Of a DNA stretch of 64,000 bases, positions 11,182 through 25,200 are shown piece by piece (within the stretch, counting starts at the first letter, position 1; the number at the start of each line of letters is the position of its first letter). This stretch comes from a virus (taxonomy: Duplodnaviria > Heunggongvirae > Uroviricota > Caudoviricetes). The stretch lies in IMG/VR virus record IMGVR_UViG_3300031992_000020. One strand, written 5' to 3'. A model generated the notes under the pieces. It was given only the letters and a program-made list of their open reading frames with translations, ran no database searches and had not been told where the DNA came from. Position numbers and translations under genes: made by a program.

Positions 11182-12669
11182 ATGGGTTACTATATTCATA
11201 ATATATATAAAAATATGTCTGCGGGAGATATAAGTAGTCAATTTGGCTTAGAAAAAATTAAGCAATAGGCAGAGGTTGCATTAACGCAAGTTAGAGCTTT
11301 AAATCAACAATTTAAACAAGAAGTAGAGACAAAAACTCAAGGACTTGTTCAATATGAAGAAGTTATGGAATTTTTAGAACGAAGTATTGGACAAGCCGCA
11401 GCGACTTCCATGCAATAGTTATAGGCGATATCCGGTGCGGCAGTACGTGAAGCTATAGATAATGCTATGGCTGCGCAAGGTACGTCTAATTTTTAGGCAG
11501 CTATAACAGAAATGAGTAATTAGTTTGCTAATTTACGTAGAGCGTTTGAGTCTTTTGCTCGTGGTTATGAAACTGCAACCGCGGCAATTAATAAAGATAC
11601 ACCTTTGGGTTAGGCATATTCATCTAATAAAACTACTTTAGATCGAGCATATAGAGTTGTAATGGATACTTTAAATGATAGTGCTTTTAAACGATTAGCC
11701 GGTGGTGGCTTTGGTTCAAAAGATAATTTGTCGAGTTTGCGTGGTTATGTATCTAAAATTGCTACTGGTGGATTATTTTCTAAAAACGAGGGAGAAAAGG
11801 GTGTTAGTCCAGCTGCCGCGATTGGTTTTTTGGCAGAAGGTGTTTATGGTAATGCTTTAAAAGATTTATTCTCGTCTATGTCTTTTGGAGATGGAAAATA
11901 TCAATTATAGGCGACTGCGACAGGTGCTGAAAGTGGTTATGCAATTGTTAATGGTAAACAAGTTGGTTTTGCTGCAAAAACATCTGATATTAGTATTCAA
12001 TTAACAAATAAAGAAGGAACAATGACAATTAACTTGCCTGGTATTTCATTAAAAAGAACTGGTGCATTTTAGCGAGGATAGAATGGTAATATTTTTGCTG
12101 ATATTCATGTTAAAACTTCTAATTTAGGTAATATGTTAAATACTGCACAAGTAAAAGATGATATGCAAAGTCATGTTTATAATTTAATTGCAAACAATGG
12201 GCGTGCAGCTAAAATTGTTGAAAATAATGATGGTACTATTGGTGAAACTTATTAGCATCCTAATATTAATTTAAATGATATGTATAGATGGATATATGCA
12301 GCAACATTATTAGCTAGTTTTGCTGGTAATTTAACTATGAGCGATTTTGCTAATTTTTGGGTTGTTAATGATAAAGTCTATACGGCACCAGAAATTATAA
12401 TTGCCGCATTTAAAGGCAGTATTCCAGCTGGTCATGCTGGGCATCATGCATTTGCTAAATATCTAGAAGATGCAAGTAAATCTGGAATAGCAAAAAGCGC
12501 AGCAAGTATACCAAAAAAACACTCAGAAATTTTTGATAATTTATTGTCAACTTCATTAAGTATGGAAGAACAAAGTAGACGTAGAAGTCAATAGATTATG
12601 GATGCTATGACTGGTATTCCTTACAGTATGCATTTAAGAGTATCTATTAATGCACTTCTAGGTTATTGA
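11182..12669 (+). CDS. Hypothetical protein (~495 aa; code 15, about 11 TAG codons)
   Basis: ATG at 11182 after AAGGTG. One frame is interrupted only by TAG, includes ORFs 11662 and 12280, and ends in TGA at 12667-12669. Confidence 0.75.
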
Positions 12670-12694
12670 CAATAAAGAAAAAATTTGTTATACT
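12666..12694 (+). promoter_or_regulatory. Consensus sigmaA/sigma70 promoter with extended -10
   Basis: TTGACA (12666-12671), a 17-nt spacer, TATACT (12689-12694), and TGn immediately before the -10 box. Confidence 0.75.
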
Positions 12695-12726
12695 ATATGT
12701 AGATATGAGAAAAAGGAGGCCAGATC

Positions 12727-13251
12727 ATGGCGAATGTAAGTTTGAATAAATTAAATACTATTAAAGCTATTGAACCAAAAATTATAAAAATTGGTGAAGA
12801 GCAAGTTAGTGTTAAGCAATATTTACCTATGACATCAAAATCTGAGTTAGTGGGTAAAGTTATAGAAGATACTTTAGACGCAAAAGGTATTATTAGTCCA
12901 ATTCGACAAAAAGTATATACAACGGTATTTATAATTATGTATTATACTAATATTAATATTACTGATACTATGGTTACAAATATTGAAAAAACTTATGAAA
13001 TTTTACATTTAAATAAGATTGATGAATTAGTTATGAATGAAATCCCTCAAAGTGAATTAGATGAATTAGAAAATCTTATTAATAATACATTAAGAGAAAT
13101 TTCTAATTATAATTTATCTTTTGTTGGTACTCTTGATAATATGCAAGCATTCCAGAAAAAAGATGAAAAGTCTGTGCAAGAAATTTTATCTGACTTACAG
13201 ACAATTAGTTCTAATGAAACTTTAACTGAGGTTTTGAATAAATTAGGATAA
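12727..13251 (+). CDS. Hypothetical protein upstream of the tape measure gene (possible tail chaperone; 174 aa)
   Basis: RBS AAGGAGG, intact ORF with no TAG, ends in TAA. Confidence 0.75.
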   Translation: MANVSLNKLNTIKAIEPKIIKIGEEQVSVKQYLPMTSKSELVGKVIEDTLDAKGIISPIRQKVYTTVFIIMYYTNINITDTMVTNIEKTYEILHLNKIDELVMNEIPQSELDELENLINNTLREISNYNLSFVGTLDNMQAFQKKDEKSVQEILSDLQTISSNETLTEVLNKLG

Positions 13252-13274
13252 GCCAGAAATGGCTTATTTTTTTT
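13249..13274 (+). terminator. Rho-independent terminator
   Basis: taagcc-agaaat-ggctta followed by 8 T. Confidence 0.6.
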
Positions 13275-13298
13275 ATAAGAGAGAAAGGAGTTTGAGAT

Positions 13299-16200
13299 AT
13301 GGCTGCGAATACAGTTGTTAAAGCAACAGTGCAAATTAATGCCGATACTAGTAGTGCATAGAAACAAATAAAAGATATGCAACAAAGTGTTCAAAAAATT
13401 GCGTCTTTATCTCCGCTCAAATTTGAATCTACTGAATTAAAACAAGGTATAGCAAGTGCGCGAGATTTATAGAAAGCATTAAATGCTGCCGCAAGTGTTA
13501 ATATGGGCAAATTAGATCTTACTGCATTTAATAGATCTTTAAAATAGTCTAATACTAATTTAAGCACTATTGCTGATAATTTGCGTTCTTTTGGTGCAAC
13601 AGGCGCAGCCGCTTTTGATAAAGTTGCTGATGGTTTAACCACTTTATAGAACAATAGCGTAACTGTTAATGGCGCTATTGGAAATTTATTAATTAATTTA
13701 AAGAAAACTGCTCAATGGCAAATTTCTTCTACATTAATTCATAAGTTTGTTGGTAAATTACAAGAAGCAGTTGGATATGCAAAAGATATGAATGAATCTT
13801 TGAACAATATCCGCACTGTTACGCAAATGTCTACTGGTGAACTCGCATTATTTGCAGAAAATGCTCAAAAAGCTGCTAAAAATTTAAGTTCATCTACTCT
13901 TGCTTTTTCTGATGCTGCTTTGATTTATTTCCAACAGGGCGATAAGATGACTACTGCTATGGAAAAAGCAGAGATTACGATGAAAGCTGCTGCTATTTCT
14001 TTTAATTCTAGCGCAAAAGATATGTCTGAATACTTAACAGCTATTTGGAATTCTTATCAAGTTGGAGAAGAAGAGATGGAGCATTATGTTGATATCATGG
14101 CTAACTTAGGTGCTAACACTGCAACTAGCATGGAAGAAATTTCTACTGCATTGCGTAAGGTTGCGGCAACAGCTAATAACGTTGGCGTTGGTATGGAACA
14201 AATGTCATCTATTATTGCAACATCTGCTAGTGTTACTCGTCAAAGTGCAGAAATCATTGGTACTTCTTGGAATACAATTTTAAGTCGTATTGGTGGTTTA
14301 AAACTTGGTGAAACACTTGAAGATGGTGTTGATCTTAATAAATATTCTACTGCATTACAAGCTATTGGTGTTAATGTATTAGATGTTTCTGGCGAATTGC
14401 GTGATATGGGAAAAGTAGTCGATGAAATTGGTGAGAAATGGTCTTCTATGTCCAAGGCTCAGCAATCTGCATTGGCGCAAACCGTTGGTGGCGTACGTCA
14501 GTATACTTAGATGATGGCATTCTTTGATAACTATGATACTTATAAAATTAATTTAGAGTTTGCCGAAGGATCTGATGGCGCTCTTGAAAAGCAATTTAGC
14601 ACTTGGGAACAATCTTGGGAAGCAGCAACTGGTCGTATGAAGAATGCTTGGCAAGGATTGTATAGTGAGATTATTGATGATCAGGCTTTTATTGGAGTAA
14701 TTGATGGCTTATCTGAAGTTATAAATAAAGTTACTGAATTAATTCAAGCTATGGGCGGTATTGGTCCTGTTTTGACCACTATTGGCGGTATGTTTATGGC
14801 ATATTTCGGCGGTAGTGGAGCAATCAGTGCTGGAATTAGTAAAATTGCTAACACTTTTGCTATTATGACTGGTACTGCTAACAAATAGAATATTGCAACA
14901 GCTACGACATTAGCAAAAGGTTATGATACTGCTGCGGCAAATGCTTCTGGCGCAGATGCTGATATTTTAAGATCTAAAGCGTCTTTGGCAAGAGGTTCTG
15001 CAGCTTATTTGAAAAATTCTAATCGTATGTCAGAAGCTGATAAACAAGCGTATGAAGCTGCACGTCAAAATGTTGCATTACAACAGCAAAATTTAAGGGA
15101 AGCACAAGCTAATAAAAATCAAGCTGACGCTCGTGTGGCGGCTTTAAGAAATCAAACAGGTAATAGCGCAACTAGAGAATCTAATAGATTAAATTATTTT
15201 GATGGTAATGTTAACAATGCTTATAATCGTGCTATAAATGCAGGCATTAGTTCTGCTACTTCTACTGGTAAATCTGATTATGCTACTCAATTATAGGAGC
15301 AAGCAGCCAAAGTAAGACAAGCAAATAAAACATTAGAAGAAGCATTAAAATCTGGTAACTAGTCTGCTATTAGTGCGGCTAAAGCTGGATATAGCCAAGC
15401 TACTGCAGAAGCTTCCAATGTAGGTAAAGGTATTGTTGAAGGCTTAACGCAAGAAATTGCTGAAGTCCAAAACAAGCAACAACAATTAACTAATTTATTA
15501 GAAGATCCAGAGCATTATATGACAGATGGTCAATTCGATGCTGAAAAAGCTCGAGCATCTTATAATGAGATTGTTGGGCCAGAAGCCGCAATAGACGCAG
15601 ATGCAGGTAAATTTACTTCTTTTGATAAGATGAAAGAAACTATCACTTCTTCTGTAGAAGGCATGGATGATTTAATAGATAAATATGGCGAAATTGGACA
15701 AGCAAGTGAAACTTTAATTGATGCAAATGGTGAAGTTGGTCAAGAGTTTGGTGAAATGGCTCGTCAAGCTGTTGAAGCTGGAGACGAATTAAGTCATGCA
15801 GAAGATCAACTAGACGAAGCTAGCAAAGGTGTTGAGGAAGCTGGGAATAAATTACCAGGCATTTCTGATAGTCTTGGTGGCTTAGCTGGTGGCATGATGC
15901 AATTAACTGGCGCTATTACAATGGTATCTAGCGCATTTAATACACTTGGTGACGAAGGCGCCAGTGGCGGTCAAAAAGCTATGGCCGTTTTAAGTTTACT
16001 TATTGGAGTTATGACTGGCGTAAGTGCAGCTCAAACGATTTTGAATAATGCTAAGAGTTTAGGCGTAGCAATTACAAAAAAAGCTACTGCCGCAGAAGCA
16101 GCACATAGCACTATTTTTAGTAAATTAATTGTTAAATTATTTGCGCACAGTGCTGCACAAGCAGCAAATACAACAGCAACGAATGTTAATACGACTGCTA

Positions 16201-19200
16201 CTATTGCTAATAAATTAGCTCGTTTAGGTTTAATTGGTGCTGCTATTGCATTAGGTGCGGCTTTGGTTGCATTAACAGCAATTTTAATTAGCGAAGCAAG
16301 TTAGACTAGTAATTATAATAAGCAAATGGCAAAATTACATACTGAGATGGATCAATTAACTGAGCGTGCTGATAAACTTCGTGAAAAGCAATAGGCCAAT
16401 GTAGATGTTATGAAAAAGTTGAATGATGTAGTTAATGCTACTGATCTTACTTTTGAAGAACAATTAAATCAAATTAATGAATTAACTTCTGCTTATGGTA
16501 TTCAAGCTACTGCTCTTGACGTATTAAGTGGTAATTATGGCGAGTTAGCTGAATCTATGAATGCAGCTTTATTGGCAGAACAGCAAGATATTAGTGGCCA
16601 ATTAGAAGATATTGAAGCTGAGCAACAAGAAAATGTCAGACAACAAATTGAATTAACTGATCGTTAGAATTTAGGATTCTGGGATCGTGTGAATTTGTCT
16701 ATTAAAGATTTCCAAGGCACAATGATTAGTGCTTTGGGCACGCTTGGCAAATATGCTTTATATGCTATTGCTACAATCGTTGATACAATTATTGATTTAC
16801 CTGAGACAATTGCAAATGTGTTTGTAGACTTAATTAATGCTTTATTGACTTCTATTAATGCAGCTCTCGGCTGGCTTGGTGTCAATATTGGTATGCTTGA
16901 ACATGTTGATTTTGGTTTCAGTGAAGCAGCCGGAATTGGTGATACAATTCGTGGTTGGGGCGATGATATTGAAAAAGCTGGCCAAGAAGCAAAAGCGGCA
17001 AGTGAAAGAGCTGCCGAAGCTGCTGTTAAGGCGCATAGCGCATTTAATAAACTTGGTGACTCTATTGAAATGTCTGCCGAAGAAAGCGAAAAATTAAGCA
17101 AATTCTATGAACAAAATAAAGATGCTTTAAATGCCGCTGGATTTATTCAAGGTTCAGATGGACGTTTACAAGTTGATCAAAATAAAGAACAAGATTATGG
17201 AGCTTTATATAACTTATTGTCTCAAGCTGGGGCTGATAAGTGGGGTTCTGTAAATAGTTATAGCTCTAATTTGATGGGATATTTGCGCACAGTAGATGCT
17301 GATCAATTAGGCTAGACTCAGATACAAGTGCGGCAATCACAGCTTGCTGAATAGATGTATAGCACTTATGCTGACTCTATTGATGCGCTTAATTTAAAGC
17401 AAACAACTCATGATTTAAAAGATATTCATAGTTTAATTAAACAAATTAATGATGAGAATGGCGGAACACTTACTGATTCTGATAAGAGCTTTTTAGCTCA
17501 AAATATTGGACAATTCGCTCATTGGTCTGATGCATATCAAGAATATGAAAGTGCTATCAATCTCAGTGCTAAAATAAGTAAATTTGATGTTAATTCTGAT
17601 TTATCAAAAGAACAAATTACTGATGCTATTATTGGCGCAGTTGGCAAAAAGATTGGCGCGAATGGTGAAGAGCTTACTATTGATACATTATTAAGAGTAA
17701 GACCTTCTGCAATCCATATTGATCCAACAACATCTGAAGTAACAATTGACGAAGATGCTTTGGCTATTGCTACTGCAAATGCTGATGTTGAAAAAGCAGC
17801 ATAGACTAAAATGGATATTGATTCTATTCGTCAAATCGACAAAGGCAACACTGTTGATTATGATACTTATCTAGCTATTAAGGACACAGGCATATTCTCT
17901 GATGAGGAACTTGCTCGTTATACTGGTTCTAACAAAGCTGAAAGAGCTGTTATGCTCAAACAAAAAGAATAGGAAGCAATTAATGCTCAAATTATAGCAG
18001 ACTAGCAATTAGTCGAAATTGGTAATCGTGAAATTACAACTTTAACAGGTAAAGTTGAAGAATTTTATGAGAATTTACGTAATGGTTTATTACAAGATGA
18101 AGATGAATTAAAGAAAGCACATCCTGAATTATTCGAAGGGGACGAAATGCTTTCTGGTAATGCTCTTTATCAAAAAATGGCAAATAGACAAGCGCAATTA
18201 CAAAATTTAAATACTGCATATAAACAATTTGCTGGTTCTTATAGTGGATCTTCTTGGGACGATATTACTTCTTGGGAAGATTATGGTGCAAGTTTACGTT
18301 CTACATTAAGTAAAGATCAGCAACAAACTATTTTGGATTCTTTAGGAGTTTCTTCTTGGGCTCAAATTACGGAAGACCAAATGAAACAAATTTTTGAAAA
18401 ATTCAATAGTGGCGAATATAACTTCTGGGCACAAAATAATACTGACCTTGCTTGGTACAATGCTTAGCTTGAAGAAGGTAAAGTATTAGTTGGCGAATTA
18501 GGTTCTGCACAAGCCACAGTTGCCGCTGCAAATAATAGATTAGATGCAAGTAAATGGGCAGCTGTTTCACAAGAAATTGAAGTTGCTAAAACTAATGCAG
18601 AAGCATTCAAGAATACTATTGGTAAAATGGGTTCTGCATCTGCCGCAGATTTAGCTCAACTAAATGAAGTCTTTAAAGATATGGGCATCAATGTTTATGA
18701 CCTATATCAAAAGATGGATAGTGCGCAATGGGATGAATTTGTTACCACTTAGGCTTTGGCTTATTATGACAAATTAATTCAAAAATATCAAGAAGTTGGC
18801 GATGAATTGAGTGTTCTTAAAGCAAAAGAAGAACGCGATAATGTCATGTCTGCTTATGCAAAAAATGCTTCTTCTCGTTTGTCTAAACAAATTGAGAATA
18901 TGAAGTCTGAATGGCAAGATGTAACAACTGCTGCATCTGCGGCAAATTCTGAAATTAGTAAGTTAATTACTGATCCTGACAAATATGCGGACATGACTAA
19001 TGCTGGTATGAATACATTAATTGAAAATCTTCAAAAGGTTGGATATAGTGCGGAAGAGGCTAAAAAGTTAGTTGATAAATTATATGATGCTTCTACATCA
19101 GAAGAAGAACGTATTAAAACTGCAACATTCGCATCTGCTAATGCGCAACTTGCTGAATTAACACAATTATATAAAGAAAAGCAAGAATTAGAAACTGGTA

Positions 19201-22200
19201 TTAAGGTTACATCATATGATTTGTCAGAAGTTGAGCCTTTACCTATTGCTGCAAAAATCGAAAAAGAGAATACTGAAATAGAAACACCAGAAGCCGCGAT
19301 GTCTGTTACAGATGTTTCTTTGGATTTTGATAAGTCTAAACTTAATTATACTAAAGGTAAAGTATATTATACTAATGGCATAAACCAAATTCCATTAAGT
19401 GATGTTCATTATGACAAAGCAACTGCTACATATACTTATGGCGAAAATAATATTCCTATTGATGATCTTACTATTGAAGAAGGCAAGGTTTATTATACTT
19501 AGGGCGAAAATAAAATTGATGCTTCTAAAGTAACGATTAAAGATGGCAAAGTTATTTACACTAATCCTACTACTGGTGCGGAATGGGATACTCAATTAAC
19601 TCCTATTACAGAAGTTGAAGGTACAGTTACATATGTTGAGCCTAAAACAGGTACAAATTGGAATATAGACGATTTACGTCAAATCGCCGATGGTACTATT
19701 ACTTATGAGTCTGCTGAGACTGGTGCTAAATGGGATGTTTCTCAATTAAAGAAACTAGAAGATGGTACAGTTGTATATCATGATGTAACTACTAATCAAG
19801 ACTTTGATGTTAATAAAATTAAAGTCACTCAACTTGAAAATGGAACTGTTCAATTTACTAATATTGAAACTGGTGAAACTTGGGAAGCGGAAGAACAACA
19901 AGTTAAACAGTTAAGTGATGGTACTATTTTAGTTCAAAAGATTGACAAAACAGCTGTTGAAGGTGAAAATGCACCAAAAGTAGGTGTAGTAGCTGTTGTT
20001 GAAAAAGCTCCAGAAGTAACAGTAACTACTAATTATACAGAAGGCGAAAATGCTGATCTTATTAAAGATAGATAGATTGTAGTTGATGTGGCTTACAAAA
20101 CGGCAAAGGACGCTTTGTATCAGCAGCAAAGAGACAAAATTTATAGTAATTTGTCAGTACAAGATTATAATACTGCTGCGCAGTTTACTTGGAACAATGT
20201 AAATAATGGATCTTTAAATGAAGGCGGCGGTTGGGATTGGCTAACTGGCGATTCTAGCTGGGCTTCTGATAAGGGTAAAATTGCAGGTATGTTGTCTCTT
20301 GCTGAGACAATACGTGAGTCTGAATTTTCTGATATGTCATATACTGCTCAATGGAATGTAGCAAATTATTTAGTAGCATTGCGGAGAGCAGCGAAATCTA
20401 GCAACTCTGAGATTAGAAGTATTGCTAAATTTATTATTTCTGGTTTACCAGTTGGTATGCAAGAAGCAATTGCTGATGAAGACTGGAACGGTGGAGTAGA
20501 AGGGTTAGGTGCTCATGTTGAATCTGCTATCGCCGACGAAGTTGAAACTCACTCTCCTTCTGAAATGACTAAACGTATTGGTCGTTATGTTATTGAAGGT
20601 TTAGCCGTTGGTATGCAAGAAGGAATCGCTGAGCAAGATTGGAGCGGCACAGTCGGTGGTCTTGGAGAACTTATTGAAACTGCATTAAAAGCTGAATTAA
20701 CCGATACGTCCAAAGGTACGGCTGCATTATGGTCAGAACAAATTACCAAAGCTGGTGACAAAGCTTATACTGAGGCTATGAGTAAATGGACTACTGAACA
20801 TAATGGTAGCCAAATGGCCGAAGGTGTAAGACAAGCAGAAGCTGCAAGGGCCCAAGCACAAGCCGATAAAGCAGCTGAATTAACATAGCAATTTACCGAA
20901 GACTATGTTAACGGCGGATACTTAATGGACAAAAATACATCTGCATATCAAAAGAGCATTTATGGTGCAGCATTTTAGAGTGCAATCGACAAAGGTTACA
21001 CCATTGGCTCTGACAAATTCTTTGAATATGTAGAAAACGAAGTTAATAAATCAAGCAAAAATATTCAAGATAAAATTGAAAGCACTTGGGCAAGCGTTAA
21101 AGATACATTAGCTAGCGGTGCGTTAGCTATGTATAAAAATGAAGAAGCTTTGGCGCAAAAGACTTATGAAACATGGGCCACAGCATATGAAAAAATTGCA
21201 CAAGCACGTCTTGGATTGGTAGAAGGCAAATCAATTGCTGATACTCTTGCTGGCGATATTGAAGGTCAGTAGGCAATTATTCAGCAATTATTATCTACCG
21301 GTGAGTTTAAAACTATTCAAGAAGTTATGGCATTTTTACGCAATCCAGAAGCGGATATGTCTAAACTTAAGATTGGTGGATTTGCTGATAGTGAATGGTC
21401 AAAGACTGGTAATCAAAGATTCTTTAATTGGGAAAATGGTCATATTAGAGATACTTCTTATGATGAATATGAAGCTCGTATAAGACAAGAAGCAGAGAAA
21501 GCTGCTACAACTAATATCCAAGAATTTTGGACTTCTAAAGGTGCGAATGGCGAAAAAAGTTGGTAGGATCGTCTTGATCGTTACAATGAGCTTATGAGTC
21601 AAAGTTCTAGAACTTAGGATGAAAATAAAGAATTAGCAGAATTAAATAGTCAATTAGGAATATTTTTAGAAAAAGGCGTAATTCAGCAAGATTAGAATGG
21701 CAAATATTATGTTGATTTTGATAGTTTGGATAGCAATGAAATGCATGATGCAGTATATGACGCAGTCTATAATGCATTCCACATGGACCAAGCCGCGTTT
21801 AATGCTTTATATGCGGAAGCTATTGCTCGTGAAAGCGATGCAGTACAAACTGAAACAAAAAATGTTTCTGATCAAGGCGAAAAATATTTAAATCAAAATG
21901 CAACAGACCAAGAAATTATTAAAAAAGTTCGTGATGCTAAATTAACTGATGCGGATGCTGATCTAGAAACTATTTTAGATGAGTCTGAGCTTAAACGTTA
22001 TAATGAAATTATGGGCGACACCGAGCCCACTGTTGCTAATTTAAATAGCAAACTTACTGAATTAGAAACCAATGCACGTAGTTGTGCATCTGGTGTGCAA
22101 GAGCTTGTTGGAGCATTAAATAATGGTACTGTTGATGGCGGCTATGTTGATGCAGAAGGCAAAGTCCATGCAACTGTTTCAACTGTTGGAGAACGTGTAA

Positions 22201-25200
22201 ATGTTTATAAAGGTGATACAGAAGCTTTTGAGCATTGGCAAAATGAAGGCTATGTAACAGAATCCGAAGATGCTGATGGCACTATTCATATGAAAAAAAT
22301 AATTGTAGATGAAGTTGAAGTGCCAGAAGGAACTGAGGGTATTAAAACAGGTAATGAAACAGTCGATAGCGCAGCAGAAGGCGAAGATATTGATTGGCAA
22401 AGATATCTAGAAGATGTAGAATCATATGCTAATGCAGTAAATATGGCAAAAGATGATTTCAAAGATTATATTGAAGTCATCAAAGAAGCGGGTGGAGATT
22501 CAAGAAGTCTAAAAGAAATGTCTGATGAAGAACGTCGTTCTTTATTAGAATTGGCTAAAACCGCGGTTGATGTGTCAAATGCTTGGAATAGTTTAACAAG
22601 CAGTCAAAAAGATAATATTTCAATGATTAAAAATGGCGAAAAAGCAAATGTTAATTATGCATCTGGGCTCAAATCTGTCATGCAAAATGTTAAAACAATT
22701 TTTGGTAACAGTAAAGCTGTTACGGCAGATTTCGTAGAAGAAAACATTGATTTAATTGAAGATATGTCAAATGGTGTCGAAGGTGCAGCAGAAAAAGTTG
22801 AAGAGAAAGTGCTTCGCGCAGAAGCAGCCTTAGACGGTTGGGATTATGATAAAAAAATTCAAGTTGATTTTGATGTTGATGGCGATGGATTAAAAGATCA
22901 ACTCTCTACTATTGGTGAGGTTTTAAATAATTTTGGCGATCAACATGCAAATGAACCAGTTGGTTTTGTTGCTACTATTGATAATACACCTGCAATTGCT
23001 GGATTGAATGAATTACTATCTGCTGGTGAAATGACCGCAGAAGAAATGACAGCTGCATTAGCAACTATTGGCTGGGAGCCAGAAATTGAATATTAGCCAG
23101 TAACATTTGAACAAGCTTAGAAGCATAGAACTTCTGTATATACTGAAGATAATTTTGGTAATTATGTTCAAGTTAATGGTGAAGAACAATTAAATGGATC
23201 TACTCAATATTATATTCCAGTAATTAAGTCAGCGAAAAAAACTGGCACAGGTGCTTCTGGTACACGTCCAACCACTAACACCGGATCAAGTGGCGGCGGT
23301 GGAGGCGGAGGATCTAAAACCACCAAAGATAAAAAGAATTATAGTGATGAAATTGAACGTTATCATGAGATAACTGAACAATTAGGAATCATTAGTCGTC
23401 AATTAACTAAGATTGATAAACAAAAAGCTGCCGCATGGGGCAAAGGTAAACTTGATGCAATTAACAAAGAAATTGAAGCATTAAATAATGAAGCAGATGC
23501 GTATGCTCGATATGCTGATGAAGCTGCTGATTATATGGCATCAGATCGCGCAGACCTTACTGCAAATGGCGCATTGTTTAATGATGATGGATCTATTGCT
23601 AATTATGAACAATTAATGCAGCAATGGATTGATGAATACAACGATGCTGTTGAAGCATTTAATAATTCTGATCAAACCGACGCTGACCAAGATGCATTAG
23701 ATGATGCAGAAGATCTATACGAAAAACGCAAAAAGATGATCGAAAATTATGAAGCAGCATATCAAAAATATCAAGATCAAATTAATAACTATCTTGAAAC
23801 TTTGAATAAATTATCTGCGGCAAGACTTGAAAAAATTACTTATAAAGTAGAACTTCAAGTTGAGCTCGATGAGTCTGATCGTAAAATTATTGATTATTTC
23901 AACAAAAAGATTGAAAGCACTCTTGAAAAGCAAAGCGAGCGCATGAGCAATTATGTTAAGTCTCATAAATCCTATGAAGATGATGCTAGATCATATGCTG
24001 ACGCTATTGCTAAACTTGAAGAAGAACATCAAAAGTGGATTGATTCAAATGGTACTGAGGGTATTAATGATAGCGATTACGCAGCTACATTGTTAGATTA
24101 TCGTAATAAATTAGCCCAAGTATTAAGCGATATGTATGAAAATGAACAAAAAATTATGCAAATTTACTCTGATGCGGTTGACCTCGCAAATGAGAAAGTC
24201 CAAGAGCAGACTAATATTATCCAGCATTCTATTGATATGATGTCTAATTATGTAGAAATTTTAGGACTCATGGGTCGTAAAGTTGATTATGACGAACTTG
24301 AAAAATTCTATGATACACAGTATCAGTCTTATCTTGATATGATTGAAGTTAACAAAGCTTTAAGAGATCAATATAAGCAAGAGATGGAATACTATGAAGC
24401 AAAAATGGCTGCAGGTCAAGAACTATCCGAAGAAGAGCAAGAACAATATAAGAAAGCGACTGAGGCTTATATTGATGCTGAAAATACCTTAGTGTCTAAT
24501 ACCAAGGCCGCATTAACAGCAATTCAAGATGCACATAAAGCCCATATTCAAGCTATTATGGAAGATTTGAGTGAAGTAAATGCGGGCGTGCATTCTAATA
24601 TTCAGGATGTATCTGATGCATATGGCTATTGGAATGAACAACGTGCTAATTACTTAGCTACTGGTAAACAAATTTACGAAGTAAATAAGTTAAATCGTAA
24701 GATTGAAAGTTCTATGGCGGACTCTGCTACTAAGGCATCAAAAGAACGACTTGCCGCACTCGAAGAGGAAATTAAACTTAAATCTAAGAGTGGTAAATTG
24801 AGTGAATATCAAATCAAGCAATTTGAATTACAATATGAACTCGCTCTTGCATTGTAGGGAATTGAAGAAGCCCAAGACGCTAAATCTACTGTGCGCTTAG
24901 TGCGTGATGAAAACGGTGGTTATGGTTATCAATATACTGCTGACCAAGATAATTTAGATGAAGCTGAACAAAATTACGAAGATGTTCTTGAAAAAATTCG
25001 TGAATTAACTGAAACCACTGCTGACCAAATGGCGCAAGGATATATTAATGCACGTATTACAATGGAGCAAAAATTAGCAGAATTAGACGAGTCAGATTTT
25101 GCTACTCACGAAGAATATCTTGCAAAGCGTAATGAGATTATTGCTCATTACACTAGTCAAATGAATTATTATGCGCAACAATATAGCCTTGTTGCCGATG

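Noticed and set aside
11105-13299. Lambda G/GT-type programmed frameshift between tail tube and tape measure
   Set aside because: I found no convincing slippery heptamer with an overlapping second frame. Both genes close with their own stop codons.
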